64,000 nt of DNA from Zootoca vivipara (lineage: Eukaryota): contig NC_083282.1 of NCBI RefSeq assembly GCF_963506605.1, forward strand, positions 9,424,001-9,488,000. Direction: 5' to 3'. The position numbers and the translations under genes were made by a program. This document shows, piece by piece, positions 11,942 through 23,124 of the stretch. The notes beneath the pieces were generated by a model. It saw only the letters and a program-made list of their open reading frames with translations, was not told the DNA's origin and ran no database searches. Positions within the stretch are counted from its first letter, which is position 1, and each line of letters opens with the position of its first letter.

Positions 11942-12808
11942 TTTACTATCGCCCAGTCTCAAATCTTCCATTCTTGGGCAAGGTGATTGAGCGAGTGGTT
12001 GCTGAACAACTCCAGGCACGCCTGGAAGAAGCAGACCATTTGGATCCCTTCCAGTCAGGGTTCAGGCCTCATCATGGGACTGAAACTGCCTTGGTTGCAC
12101 TGGTTGATGATCTCCGGCGGGCTAGAGACAAAGGTGAGAGCTGTTTCCTAGTCCTGCTGGATCTCTCAGCGGCTTTTGACACCATCGACCATAACATCCT
12201 TCTGGACCGTCTAGAGGGTTTGGGAGCTGGGGGCACTGTTATACAGTGGTTCCGCTCCTTCCTCCTGGGCCGTGTTCAGAAAGTGGTGGTGGGGGGTGAG
12301 TTTTCAGACCCCTGGGCTCTCACTTGTGGGGTGCCTCAGGGTTCTGTCCTCTCCCCCATGCTTTTTAACATCTACATGCAGCCGCTGGGAGAGATCATCA
12401 AGGGGTTTGGGCTGGGTGTTCATCAGTATGCGGATGATACCCAGCTCTACCTCTCTTTCAAATCAGAACCAGTGAAGGCAGTGAAGGTCCTGTGTGAGTG
12501 CCTGGAGGCGGTTGGAGGATGGATGGCGGCTAACAGATTGAGGTTGAATCCTGACAAGACAGAAGTACTGTTCGTGGGGGACAGGAGGCGGGCAGGTGTG
12601 GAGGATTCCCTGGTTCTGAACGGGGTAGCTGTGCCCCTGAAAGACCAGGTGTGCAGCCTGGGAGTCATTTTGGACTCACAGCTGTCCATGGAGGCGCAGG
12701 TCAATTCTGTGTCCAGGGCAGCTGTCTATCAGCTCCATCTGTATGCAGGCTGAGACCCTACCTGCCTGCAGAGGGAGACCCAGCCAGATGGGCAGGGTAT
12801 AAATAATA

Positions 12809-12855
<47 letters not shown>
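11942..12855 (+). mobile_element. L2-clade LINE reverse-transcriptase fragment with (TTA)n tail
   Basis: ORF 11974-12753: QSGFRPHHGTETAL, LLDLSAAFDTIDH, GVPQGSVLSP, YADD. Confidence 0.9.
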
Positions 12856-12856
<1 letters not shown>

Positions 12857-13153
12857 TTGGAGATTGCCAGGCACCCTAGTCTGCCTCAGGTACAGAAGAC
12901 GTACACTCTCTCTTGTGTATACATACACACAAAGCATGCCCAAAACCTGTGTAGGGATGACCCTTGGGTGACATAAAGGTGTCAACTGGCAGTCAACGCG
13001 ATACAGAACAGCAAGTGGCCGTTTTGCACATTCAAGAAAGTGAGCTCCCTGCCCCAGGTGCTTCAATTGGCAGTTTGCCCGAGATGTTGACAAGCAAAGA
13101 GTTTGCAGAAAGCAGAGCACCTTAGCTCCCCACAGGATCGGTGCAGAGAAGAA

Positions 13154-16100
13154 ATGGCTCCCGGCCCAGAATGGAGTGGAGAACATGGGGGTGCGAAGGG
13201 AGCCGGGAACTGCTTGCGGTGGGTGGTGCTTCTCCTAGGAATTGGCAGGACGGCAGAAGGTGTGTCGTGTCCCCAGGGGTGCACTTGCAAGTATCTGGTT
13301 GTGAACTGCACAGGGAAGCAGCTTGCAGAGTTCCCGGAGAGCATCCCTCTGGACACCAGGCAGCTGGTCCTGGCTCAAAACCAGCTCAGCTACTTGCCGT
13401 CTGTGGAGCTGAACTTCCTCAGCGACTTGATCTATCTCGATTGCAGTGGCAATGCTTTGGGCCAGGACCTGGACTTCACCTTTGTGAGCATCATCAAGCT
13501 TGTCTACTTGGACCTCAGTTTCAACAACCTCACGCTGGTCACGTTTGGGACCTTTTCCCAGCTCGGCAGCCTGGTTGTGCTCAAGCTCTCCGACAACCCC
13601 AGTCTGGTGGAGATTGAGAAGGACTCCTTTGCCAACAACACCTGGCTGAGGCACCTGGATGTGAGCCGCTGTAGCTTGACGTTCATCGATGCAATTACCA
13701 TCAGGGACCTGCCCAACCTGAGAAGCCTGGGCTTAAGCGGGAATCCCTGGTTCTGCAACTGCTCCTTCATGGAACTGTGCAGCTTGATAAAAGAGAGTGG
13801 CATAACTATCCCAGGTGAGTGGGAAATGCTGAGCATCTAGGGGAGGGTGTCCCATCTCCAGGTGAGCTGTAGGGTGAGCACTCAGCTGCTGGGCTGAGAG
13901 GGTGGGCAGTCTGTAGACTCAGGACAACTATGTCCCTCTGGCATTTGGTCAAGTGCCTTTAAAAATAAGTCCTAAACTATTGCACCAGGAAGGTACTTTC
14001 TTGCCGAAGTTAATGGGAGAATAATAAGAAGCTCTTTGAAAATGTCAAGCAAAGGCACACAAAGATTTCGTCTTGCCTCCTTCTCCCCTCATCGGCCATC
14101 AAGGCGACAGAAAGCTGTTTATCCTGAATTTCTTGTGATTTCCAAGTCAAAATATTGTGTCCAAGATTCTCCATTATTCTGAGTGGAGTGTTTCTTGCTT
14201 TATTATCTGCAATTTTGCTGATGCCATTCTTTTCCGCTGTTGTTGCATGATAATAAGGCTTGCCGTATTATCATGGTAGTTTTTTGGGGGGAAACCCATG
14301 CAATTCACAAAGTTTCGATCCTTCCCTCGCACTTTTACCAAAGCAGGGGCCCTTTCCCATTAATTCCCTTTCTGAATCGTTCCCTCCCTTCCCATATTCC
14401 AAGCAGAGATAAAGCTATGCTCCCAGAAGAATATTTCTATTCCTGAGTCGTAACTCTCAGAGAAGGGGAAGGGGAAAGGAGAAGGAAGCTGCTTATGTGT
14501 CAGTTTCCCAGTTATGTCACACAACTCACCTTATAGCCTTGCCACTGCTGTTTCAAAGAGCAAGCAACACTGTTTGTGTGTGAAATAGACACGTCCTTTT
14601 GCATTCCTCTGCGCCTTGTTTGAGAGCAGCGGTTAAATTTTAATGCTGGCTGCAAGCTTATCTGGCAACGAGAGCTCCTCTTTCCTTCTGGAAATGAAAT
14701 AAGACACACCCTGCTCCATGCCAGCCGGTGGCACAAAATGGCACATCATGATAACTTTGTGGGTACACTTGACCGCTGTCTTCTACAATATGAGAGCGAG
14801 CTCAGGGCAGGCAACCTTCTCCCTCGCAGTCTTTGAGAGCTGCACTAGGCGAATGGTGGAAATCCAATAAAGCTAGGTGGTTCTGGTGCCAGAGTTGGGT
14901 GGTCCAACAGGGCATGAGTACTGCCAATGGCATCACCACCGTTTGGGCAAGCTGGGACACGGCTGGCGCTGTGGTCTAAACCACTGAGCCTCTTTGACTT
15001 GCCAATCAGAAGGTTGGCGGTTCGAATCCCCACAATGGGGTAAGCTCCCAGAAAGCTGTCTGTGGACAAACGCTGGCTCCCTCGGCCCGAAAGCGAGATG
15101 AGCACCGCAACCCCATAGTCACCTTTGACTGGACTTAACCGCCCAGGGATCCTTTACCAGGCCCAAAGCCAGGTGAATGTGACCCATCTGCAGGCCTGGC
15201 CCAAGGCATTTTGGCACCTTAGGCAAACCACAAAATGGCGGGCTCGTCGCTGCAAGGGGAGAAGGAGTGAATGAAGATCCACATCGGGAGCGAAGGGAGG
15301 GAATCAAATCAACCTCCCCCGATGGTTGAAGTAGGAATCAAAGGCCGTCACAGAGGGGAGAGAAGCTCGCTCTGAATCACACTGGGCAGGTGCCGAGTCC
15401 AGGAGACCTCAATAGGAAAAGGCTCCCAATCCAAACAGCCCCAAAAGGGGGAAACTGTGAGCATACTTAGAATGTGCTCCCCATTGTTCTTTTTGAATTT
15501 GGGGTCACAGCTTTAAGTGTCCTGCAGCTAATGTCATATGTCAAGTGACTGACAGGTGGGTGGGGTTTGGGCAAAACCAATGGGGAGGTGTGGTGGGCCT
15601 AATTCCACACCCATGCCAGAACCCGTCAAGTGCTGCTTTAGCCCATGGGCTCTTTCATCCACCGATATCCGTTGGCATGGTGGTCCTCCTTTATCAAGTG
15701 TGCAGCTTCAAGAGTGGCACACATGGACTAGAATGTGGTCTAAACCTCCCTTTAAAGCCATGTCAGCGAAAAGAAAAGAACTCACTCTGAAACTCACTTA
15801 CAGATGGTACCTAACACCACGGAAAGTAGCCCAGATACGCCCAGGAACCTCACCAAAATGTTGGAGAGGATGCACCTCCACAGGCACTTACCTCCACATG
15901 TGGTGGGAATGTCCCCAAATCCAACACTTCTGGACATCAATCATACAAGAAATATGCAAAATAGCTGAGCAAGTCACCCCAGAACTGGCCCTACTAAACA
16001 TCTTCCAAGATAATAATGCCCTCTCACATCACAAAGAGCTCATAACCCACCTCCTCAGTAGCCAGAACCATCATAGCCAGACACTGGGGAGACCTGTCAG

Positions 16101-18298
16101 GAGTAGGCATGGAGCAATGGTATCCAATAGTATGGGAAACAGCCTTATTAGAAAAACCAACCAATAAACTGGCACTGACACAGGGACAAATAGAAGCAGG
16201 CACCTTCACCCCGGTATGGTTCCCCTTTATCACGTACACAGCCCAACAAGACAACGACAAGAATCCGCCAACAGCATACAAATCAATCTGGCTAACCTAA
16301 TCCAACACACACACACACACACACCACTCACACACAAAAACAAACCTCACTACAGCCAACCAAAGACAACCAACCACACCCTAGGCCACCCCCAACCTCT
16401 CTCATCACCAAGGAAATACAACAAGCGAATAGTAAGAGAACCCACACAAGTGACGCTGACACAGAACCCCACACATACACTAAGTAGAAGAATGGAAGCA
16501 TTGCCACCCCACCCCACTCACCATTCCCCTCCCCCTATTTTCTTCCTAACCTATCACTGTATGCAATGCTAGGAGAGGTTGCAAAACAGCGCCCTCTAGC
16601 GGCGGCTACACTGGTACTGCATCTAGGAAAGCTCCCCTCTCCACAGCATCTCAGCTCAGCTTTCCAGACTGGGCCAAGTGGAGGTGGGGGCTCGCCTGGA
16701 TAGGAGATGGGGAGAGGAGGGGGCGGGATAGGTCATGGGTTGGTACTGGTTATGCCCAGCCACAGGGATAAGCCGGGGTGGAGGGAGGAGGGGATGGGAT
16801 ACCTAATGGGTCGGGACAGGGTAGGGGGAGTCACAGGGATGAGCCTGTATAAACAGAACACATGTAAAACATTTCAACAAAATGAAGGGGGACTCTGAAG
16901 ATGAGGGGTCTGAAGGGGGACTCTGAGGGTCCATTTAACAGACTGAGCCACAGCAACACGTGGCCGGGCCAGCTAGTCTTTAATAAAAATGTATTAAAAG
17001 AAAAACGAGTGTCACACATGGAGTGATGAGGGAGAAAGGAGACACCCATCAAGCCAGTCAGATCAGCCACATCAGCCCTGCTGACCAATTGAGTGACAGA
17101 TGTCATAGCCAGATCACCCTTGGATTCCACCCACTAACATGGGTTAATAATAGCTTTTCATTCAGTATTCACCAAGACAATTATTTCGGAAGGATTACCA
17201 ACACCCCAACCCCCCCAAAAAACCCAACCTCAGTTGCAGAAATATTTTCCCCAAAAGTGATGGAGAATTCTGTCTCCCCCTCCAAGAATATTTGGCCCCT
17301 GGGAATGGGTCCAGTAATCAGTCTATTGGGCAGTAAGCACTCTAGCCTGCCATTTTAGATGCTTAGTAGAAAGACAACAAACAAAAATGCTGATTCATTT
17401 TTGTTTCCTGAAATGTATGGTATATACCACTTGCTTACCTTCCAAGTCCCGGACTGCAGAATCCGGGACCGGCAGCCGTGTGACACCGGAAGTTGTGTCG
17501 ACGTAACTTCCGGTGTCGTTTTGCCCTTCTATGGGCACCAAAAATGGCCGCCGCCGGCTTCGAAAGTCGCTTCTACGCATGTCAGGAACTGCATCGACGC
17601 AACTTCCGGTGTCGCTCTGCCCATCTATGGGCACAAAAAATGGCCGCCGCCAACACCGGAAGTCGCGTCTATGCACTTCCGGACATGCGTAGATGCGACT
17701 TTTGAAGCCGGCGGCGGCCATTTTTGTTGCCCATAGAAGGGCAAATCAGAAAGAAAAAAATGGCCGCCGGCAGGAGAAAATAACGGAGAAAAACGGGAGA
17801 CAAAGTGATACGGGGGACCACTGGGAAAAGGTAAGTAAAAATGGGGGGTTTCCTGGGGAAAACGGGGTACTTGGCAGCTATGCACTTGCCTGGAACAAAC
17901 ATGACGCAAGTTAGGTCTGAGTTTAAAGGGAAGGGTGTCTTCCTGGGTCTGGAGAGGACCAAGGCCACAGGCCTGCAGACAGGTCCTTAATTGACATGTT
18001 GTTTTATGCACAAGTCGAGACTTGTCACCCTTGTGTTTCTTCTGCAGACTCTGACAACGTCACCTGTTACAGCCCAGCTTTTGTGCATGACTTGAAGATG
18101 CTGGAAGAGGCACAGGAGCAACTTAATTATAAATGCTTCATCCATTTTGATGACCAAGACTATCTTTTCCTGGGGCTGGTTGGGTTCTGCATCTTCTCTG
18201 CCGGTACAGTGTTTGCTTGGCTCTTGGGAGTTTGCGCGGCTGTGTATGAATTCTTAACTGGGACAGGAGATGAAGACGAAGAGGACAGGGGCGAATGA
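13154..18298 (+). CDS. LRRC52: LRRC52-like paralog B. Exons 13154-13814 and 18048-18298, 303 aa
   Basis: CPQGCTC..VNCTGKQLAEFPESIPLDTRQL, LSDLIYLDC, LSGNPWFCNCSF and TM DYLFLGLVGFCIFSAGTVFAWLLGVCAAVY closely resemble recalled mammalian LRRC52 (DYIFLLLIGFCIFAAGTVAAWLTGVCAVLY). Phase-1 intron at the same position as in paralog A. Confidence 0.92.
14955..15160 (+). mobile_element. Sauria SINE (Squam1), internally deleted
   Basis: gggacacggctggcgctgtggtctaaaccactgagc head with a B-box-like ggttcgaatcc. Confidence 0.7.
15700..16560 (+). mobile_element. L1/Tx1-like LINE 3' fragment
   Basis: YRWYLTP...KCWRGC...GTYLHMWWECP CCHC motif with frameshifts. Confidence 0.8.
16588..16621 (-). promoter_or_regulatory. 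Predicted CTCF site with upstream module
   Basis: - strand reads TGCAGTACC-agtgta-GCCGCCGCTAGAGGGCGCT, matching the core plus upstream motif. Confidence 0.6.
17434..17882. mobile_element. hAT-like MITE of the CATAGCTGCCAAGT family in the LRRC52-B intron
   Basis: TIRs cttaccttccaagt / acttggcagctatg, flanking CACTTG duplication, internal palindromic repeats. Confidence 0.75.
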
Positions 18299-18897
18299 GC
18301 CTAGTAGACTCTGAAAATGGGCTTGGTGATATATTGAGAGCGTCATCCTACGTATCTTTACTTGGAAGTAAGCCCCACTGATCACAGTGGGACTAAGACT
18401 GCAGTCCACCACACATGTCTTAGGAAGCAATTCTTTTTTTAAAACAGTGGGGCATATTTCGGAGTAAACAAGCGTAAAATGCCGGAAAATGAAGACATCC
18501 TCAGAATCATATTTGAAACTCTATGACAGCAAATGCCAGCAAATTACCTTACTGGAATAGTTTGGCTTTGGAGAGTGATATTATTCTGTTAAGATGTTGC
18601 TACTATGCCTGGCGCTAGATTGGAGCGCAGCTTTCCTCATATTTGGTAATGGCTCAGAATGGCTCTTTACTTGCAATAGAAATATTATTAGCGAGATGCA
18701 ATGCGATAGCAACCCTTTCAGATGCTTACTGAAAACATGAGATGTGAAGTGCACAAAATAAGTTTCTAGCACGAACACTGCTAACTGCCAAGGAAAGACG
18801 CACAGACACACACCCCACCCCCAATTAATTGAGTGTAACTATATCTCAGGTTGAAACAATTTTTCACCGGCTCTCCTTCTCAGCCTGAGATGGCTGA

Positions 18898-19243
18898 CCT
18901 TTAAAGCCCTAAACGTCCTCGGCTCAGTATACTGTACCTGAAGGAGTGTCTCCACCCCCATCGTTCAGCCCAGACACTGAAGTCCAGGTCAGAGGGCCTC
19001 CTGGCAGTTCCCTCACTGCAAGAAGTGAGGTTACAGGGAACCAGGCAGAGGGCCTTCTCGGTAGTGGCACCCGCCCTGTGGAATGCCCTCCCGTCTGATG
19101 TCGAGGAAATATCTGACTTTTAGAAGACATCTGAAGGCATCTGTTTAGGGAAGTTTTTAATGTTTGATGTTTCATTGTGTTTTTGATATTCTGTTGGGAG
19201 CCTCCCAGAGTGGCTGGGGAGGCCCGGGCAGATGGGCGGGGTG

Positions 19244-19326
<83 letters not shown>

Positions 19327-19328
19327 AT
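18898..19328 (+). mobile_element. L2 LINE 3' end with (TAAA)n tail
   Basis: Homologous to other L2 copies; long TAAA microsatellite at 19245-19328. Confidence 0.75.
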
Positions 19329-19363
19329 CTTATGCACAAATTGACAAAGTGAAAGTTACTTTG

Positions 19364-19863
19364 TTGTTGTTTAGTCGTTTAATCGTGTCCGACTCTTCGT
19401 GACCCCATGGACCATAGCACGCCAGGCACTCCTGTCTTCCACTGCCTCCCGCAGTTTGGTCAAACTCATGTTTGTAGCTTCGAGAACACTGTCCAGCCAT
19501 CTCGTCCTCTGCCGTCCCCTTCTCCTAGTGCCCTCCATCTTTCCCAACATCAGGGTCTTTTCCAGGGAGTCTTCTCTTCTCATGAGGTGGCCAAAGTATT
19601 GGAGCCTCAGCTTCAGGATCTGTCCTTCCAGTGAGCACTCAGGGATGATTTCCTTCAGAATGGATAGGTTTGATCTTCTTGCAGTCCATGGGACTCTCAA
19701 GAGTCTTCCCCAGCACCATAATTCAAAAGCATCGATTCTTCGGCGGTCAGCCTTCTTTATGGTCCAGCTCTCACTTCCATACATCACTACTGGGAAAACC
19801 ATAGCTTTAACTATACGGACCTTTGTCGGCAAGGTGATGTCTCTGCTTTTTAAGATGCTGTCT
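19364..19863 (-). mobile_element. BovB (RTE) 5'-truncated copy
   Basis: ORF 19371-19832 (VMYGSESWTIKKADRRRIDAFELW...HGVTKSRTRLND), (CAA)n tail, 10-bp TSD AGTTACTTTG. Confidence 0.92.
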
Positions 19864-20330
19864 AGTTACTTTGCCATGGAATAAATCAGAGGTAGCTGTG
19901 AGTGGAGAAATTTCACAAATAAATGAAGTATTAACCTCTCATTTACCCTCTCTCAAACCCACTGCCATTCAGCTTCCTCCCTGTTTGAGGAGTTGCATAA
20001 ACGTGACCCATCAATAAAGACTTGTGCTTGTATATTGCCTTGGTTGATGTATCGCCTTTTTCTTTAGGAACCGTGTGTCATAAAAGAATTGCCAAGTCTT
20101 TGGTGTTTTGGCCTCCCTAATCTGATATGTGAGTGTATGACATAACCTCCCACATTTTTTGTCATCTAGTCCACATGGCTGGGAGAAGATGGAAGACGCC
20201 ACTAACCCAGCCGGGGTGTCGGAGGTACCAGGCACAAGCAAGATAGTCACTTTCTTCACAGGTACAACAGATAGTCACTGGCCGGGTCTCCCCAGGAGGG
20301 AAACATAATCAAACAATCAGACGGTACTCA

Positions 20331-21092
20331 TCCTATATAATAAAGTGCAAGTGTCTCTGTGTCCAGTCCCTGTGTCCCTGTGTCCGCGCTACTGCGCATG
20401 TGCCCCATGGACACAGGAATTGGACGCAGAGACTTGACACGCGCACGCACACACACATGCTCCCCCCACCCCCCACCCCTCTACCTACCGTTTCGCTGTG
20501 GCTGCCAACCGCCGCTCCCGGCCGGACTGAGTGTTGGCGGGGGGGGGGAGCAGCCCCTGCACTGCCGCACTTCGGCTCCGTCCCCCAGAGCCGAAGTGCA
20601 GCGGTGTGGGGGCTTTTCGCTTTCACACCGCCAGACTTCGGCTCCAGGGGACGCAGCCGAAGCGCGGCAGTGCGAAAGCCCCCGCACAGCCGCGGGCTTT
20701 TTGCTGCCTGCCTTCCCCTTGGGAAGGGCCTCAGATCGGTCCTCCGCTTCTCCCTCCCCCCGCCCGACAGAGCCGGCAACCCTGGCATCTGTGCTTTCTG
20801 TCGGCGGTGGGGGGGAGAGGAACGGACGGAGAGAAAGGGCTGCTTTCTCTCCATTCGTTCCTCTCCCCTCACCGCAGACAGAAAGGACAGATCCCGGGAT
20901 GTCTCCTTCCTGTCGGCGGCTGGGGGAGAGGAACGAAGGAGAAGAAAGCAGCCCTTTCTCCTCCTTCATTCCTGTCCTCCTGCCGCCAACAGCAAGGACA
21001 GGTCCCGGGGTTCGGAGAAGCGCTGCGTAAGCGCTTCTCCGAACCCCGGGATGTTCTAGCGCCCGTTTATTAAACGGGCTGAATTACACTAG
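20331..21092 (+). mobile_element. Non-autonomous Helitron
   Basis: A|TC...CTAG|T boundaries, 5' TCCTATATAATAAA, subterminal hairpin GCCCGTTTA-T-TAAACGGGC (21061-21079) about 10 nt before the CTAG, no TSD. Confidence 0.85.
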
Positions 21093-21536
21093 TTGTGTAA
21101 ATAATGTATATAAAACTTGAGGTTTGCGTGGGGGTGGCAATTCAATCGCTGTTCCTATGAGCTGAAATAAACAGCATGAAATTACTTCTGGAATCTAAGT
21201 ATATTTCAGGGTCACTGCAAAGCACGTGAGGCCTCAGCATGGCCCTAGTAGTACTTCTCAGAGCTTTGAATCTGTTATGTGGAGTGAGTGTGTTGGTGTG
21301 TCTTTAGTGTGAGGGCTGGGGAATGGGGGTGTCACATTTTGGGCTTGCTCCCCGCCCCTCCCCGCCCATTCAACAAATCAGTGTGTGGCCTGTAGGTTGT
21401 GTGTCGAAATACTCTTGCAGTGCAGGATACATAAGGGATGCAGGTAGCACTGGGGTCTAAAGCCACTGAGCCTCTGGATGAGAAGGTTGGCGGTTCAAGT
21501 GACAGAGTTCGAAAGCATGCCAGTGGGAGTCCTAGC

Positions 21537-22330
21537 AAAAGAAGAATGGATACGAAAACATATGGAATAGGCAGAAATGGCGAAACTTACTGGAAGAATA
21601 AGAAATCAAGATAACAAACTTTTTTTTAATAAAAGAATGGAAATGGTCCCTTGAATATTTACAGACAAACTGTAAACAGGTAAGAACATTGGCAGGATTA
21701 TGGTAACAACCTGCAGTTTCATAACAGTATATATTTAAAGTAGATGAATAAATGAGCAAATTAAGTTAATTTGGATACGCAAAAGAAGATATTAAAAATA
21801 AATTTAAGGAACCGCAGAAAGAGGGGGAAGGAAGTCGAGTTTTGAAATGTCAAAAGGATTGTAAAGTTGGGGAGAAGAAGCAACAGGGGAGAAGAAGTGA
21901 CAGAAGAAGAATGGAAAGATTTTAAGTTATATTTAAAAAAAAATGTAAAAGTAACATATTAAGATCTGAACTAGGCTGTAAATAAACTGTGGAATTTATG
22001 AATATGTTAAGTGAAAGGAGTAAAATAAGATAAGGTAAAGAAAATGGTTTAGAAATTGCTAAAGTATAAATTTGTTAAAGAACCACAGGGGAAGGGAAGC
22101 CGAGGGGGTCCCCACATATAATGTGAAAGATCAAAGGAACAAGTAATTTTAAGTGTGTGTTTTTATTTTCCTTTCTTTTTGTATAGTGTTATTGTTGTAC
22201 TTTTTTTCTTTTTGTGTCTTCTTTTTTGTATTCTGGAAAATCTTAATAAAAATTATTATAAAAAAAGGATTGTAAAGTTAGTGAAATGTATAAACCTGAA
22301 AACATAATTATTATTATTTTATTAAAAAAA
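21537..22330 (+). mobile_element. L1-like 3' fragments
   Basis: 21537-21815 is near-identical to 9958-10230. Confidence 0.7.
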
Positions 22331-22479
22331 GGGTAACTAGGCAATACTTTTAAAAAAACAAAAAGAAACCATCATTAAATTTCATTTATACTTTAGTGGA
22401 AAGACCTAGCTAGGCAATGCTAATGTTCAGAGAGAGAAAGAGAGAGATGTGCTACCGCAAAACTTTCCTTTCTCCATTG

Positions 22480-22900
22480 GAGAGGGCGCTCTTGCGCGCT
22501 CCGCGTTTCGGAGCAGCCGCGCCCTCGGGTGGATCCGCCCCGACGTGGGCTGGGCTTCCCTCTTGGCCCGGGGTGGCGCTGCGTTTCTCAGCTTGCTCTT
22601 GCTGGGCGGCGGCGGCGGCGGTGAGTCCGGGTCGGCGGGACGGGCGGACGGGAGGGCGAGGGTCTTCGGAGCCGGGCAGAGCTTCCCGCAGCCGTGCGCC
22701 CTGCTCCTGCTCGGCCCTTTCCCAGGCTCTCGGGCCCGGTGTCCCCTGGCTCAGCTCCGGGCGGCGCGGGCCAAGTTCCTCCCGCCCCGTCCGCGGGGGC
22801 GCTTTTGCCCTTCACGGGCGGCTCCCTCCCTGCCCCGGCGGCGAAGCGGCTGCTGGCAGCTCCCAGCCCTCGAGTGCGAATCCTGCCGGCTGCAAGCCTC
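22480..22900 (+). promoter_or_regulatory. MGST3: CpG-island promoter and non-coding first exon of MGST3 (donor GCG|GTGAGT at 22620/22621)
   Basis: CpG-dense stretch with a GC box (CCGCCC, about 22535) and a strong splice donor. The next acceptor (25359) lies 7 nt before the MGST3 ATG. Confidence 0.8.
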
Positions 22901-22981
22901 TGCTGGTCGGGCTGAGATTGTGGCAAAGCTTGACAGCGCGTTTGTAAAAACGGCAGGGCTTGTGAGCGAAACCCGGCCAAG

Positions 22982-23124
22982 CATAGAAATCATAGGGGTG
23001 CAAGGGGACCCTGGGCACCATCTAGTCCAGCCCCCCTGCAATGCAGGAGTATGCAGCTGTCCCATGCGGGGATCGAACCTGCAACCTTGGCGTTCTCAGC
23101 ACCACGCTCTCACCAACTGAGCTA
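22982..23124 (-). mobile_element. tRNA-derived SINE with CR1-like tail (Squam3-like)
   Basis: - strand: TAGCTCAGTTGGTGAGAGC (A box)...GGTTCGATCC (B box), then a ggactagatg...ctatgat CR1-type tail. Confidence 0.7.

Noticed and set aside
17480-17720. CRISPR-like palindromic repeats with spacers
   Set aside because: Eukaryotic context, the spacers are themselves repeated, and the block is bounded by MITE TIRs.
20333-21073. Several overlapping 160-220 aa ORFs and an apparent CpG island
   Set aside because: All lie within the Helitron; stop-poor GC-rich repeat.
22417-23120. Long ORFs at the MGST3 CpG island
   Set aside because: GC-rich promoter and first intron; no homology, and MGST3 starts at 25367.
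23055-23124. tRNA gene
   Set aside because: A and B boxes are present, but the acceptor stem is incomplete and a CR1-type tail follows, so it is a SINE head.
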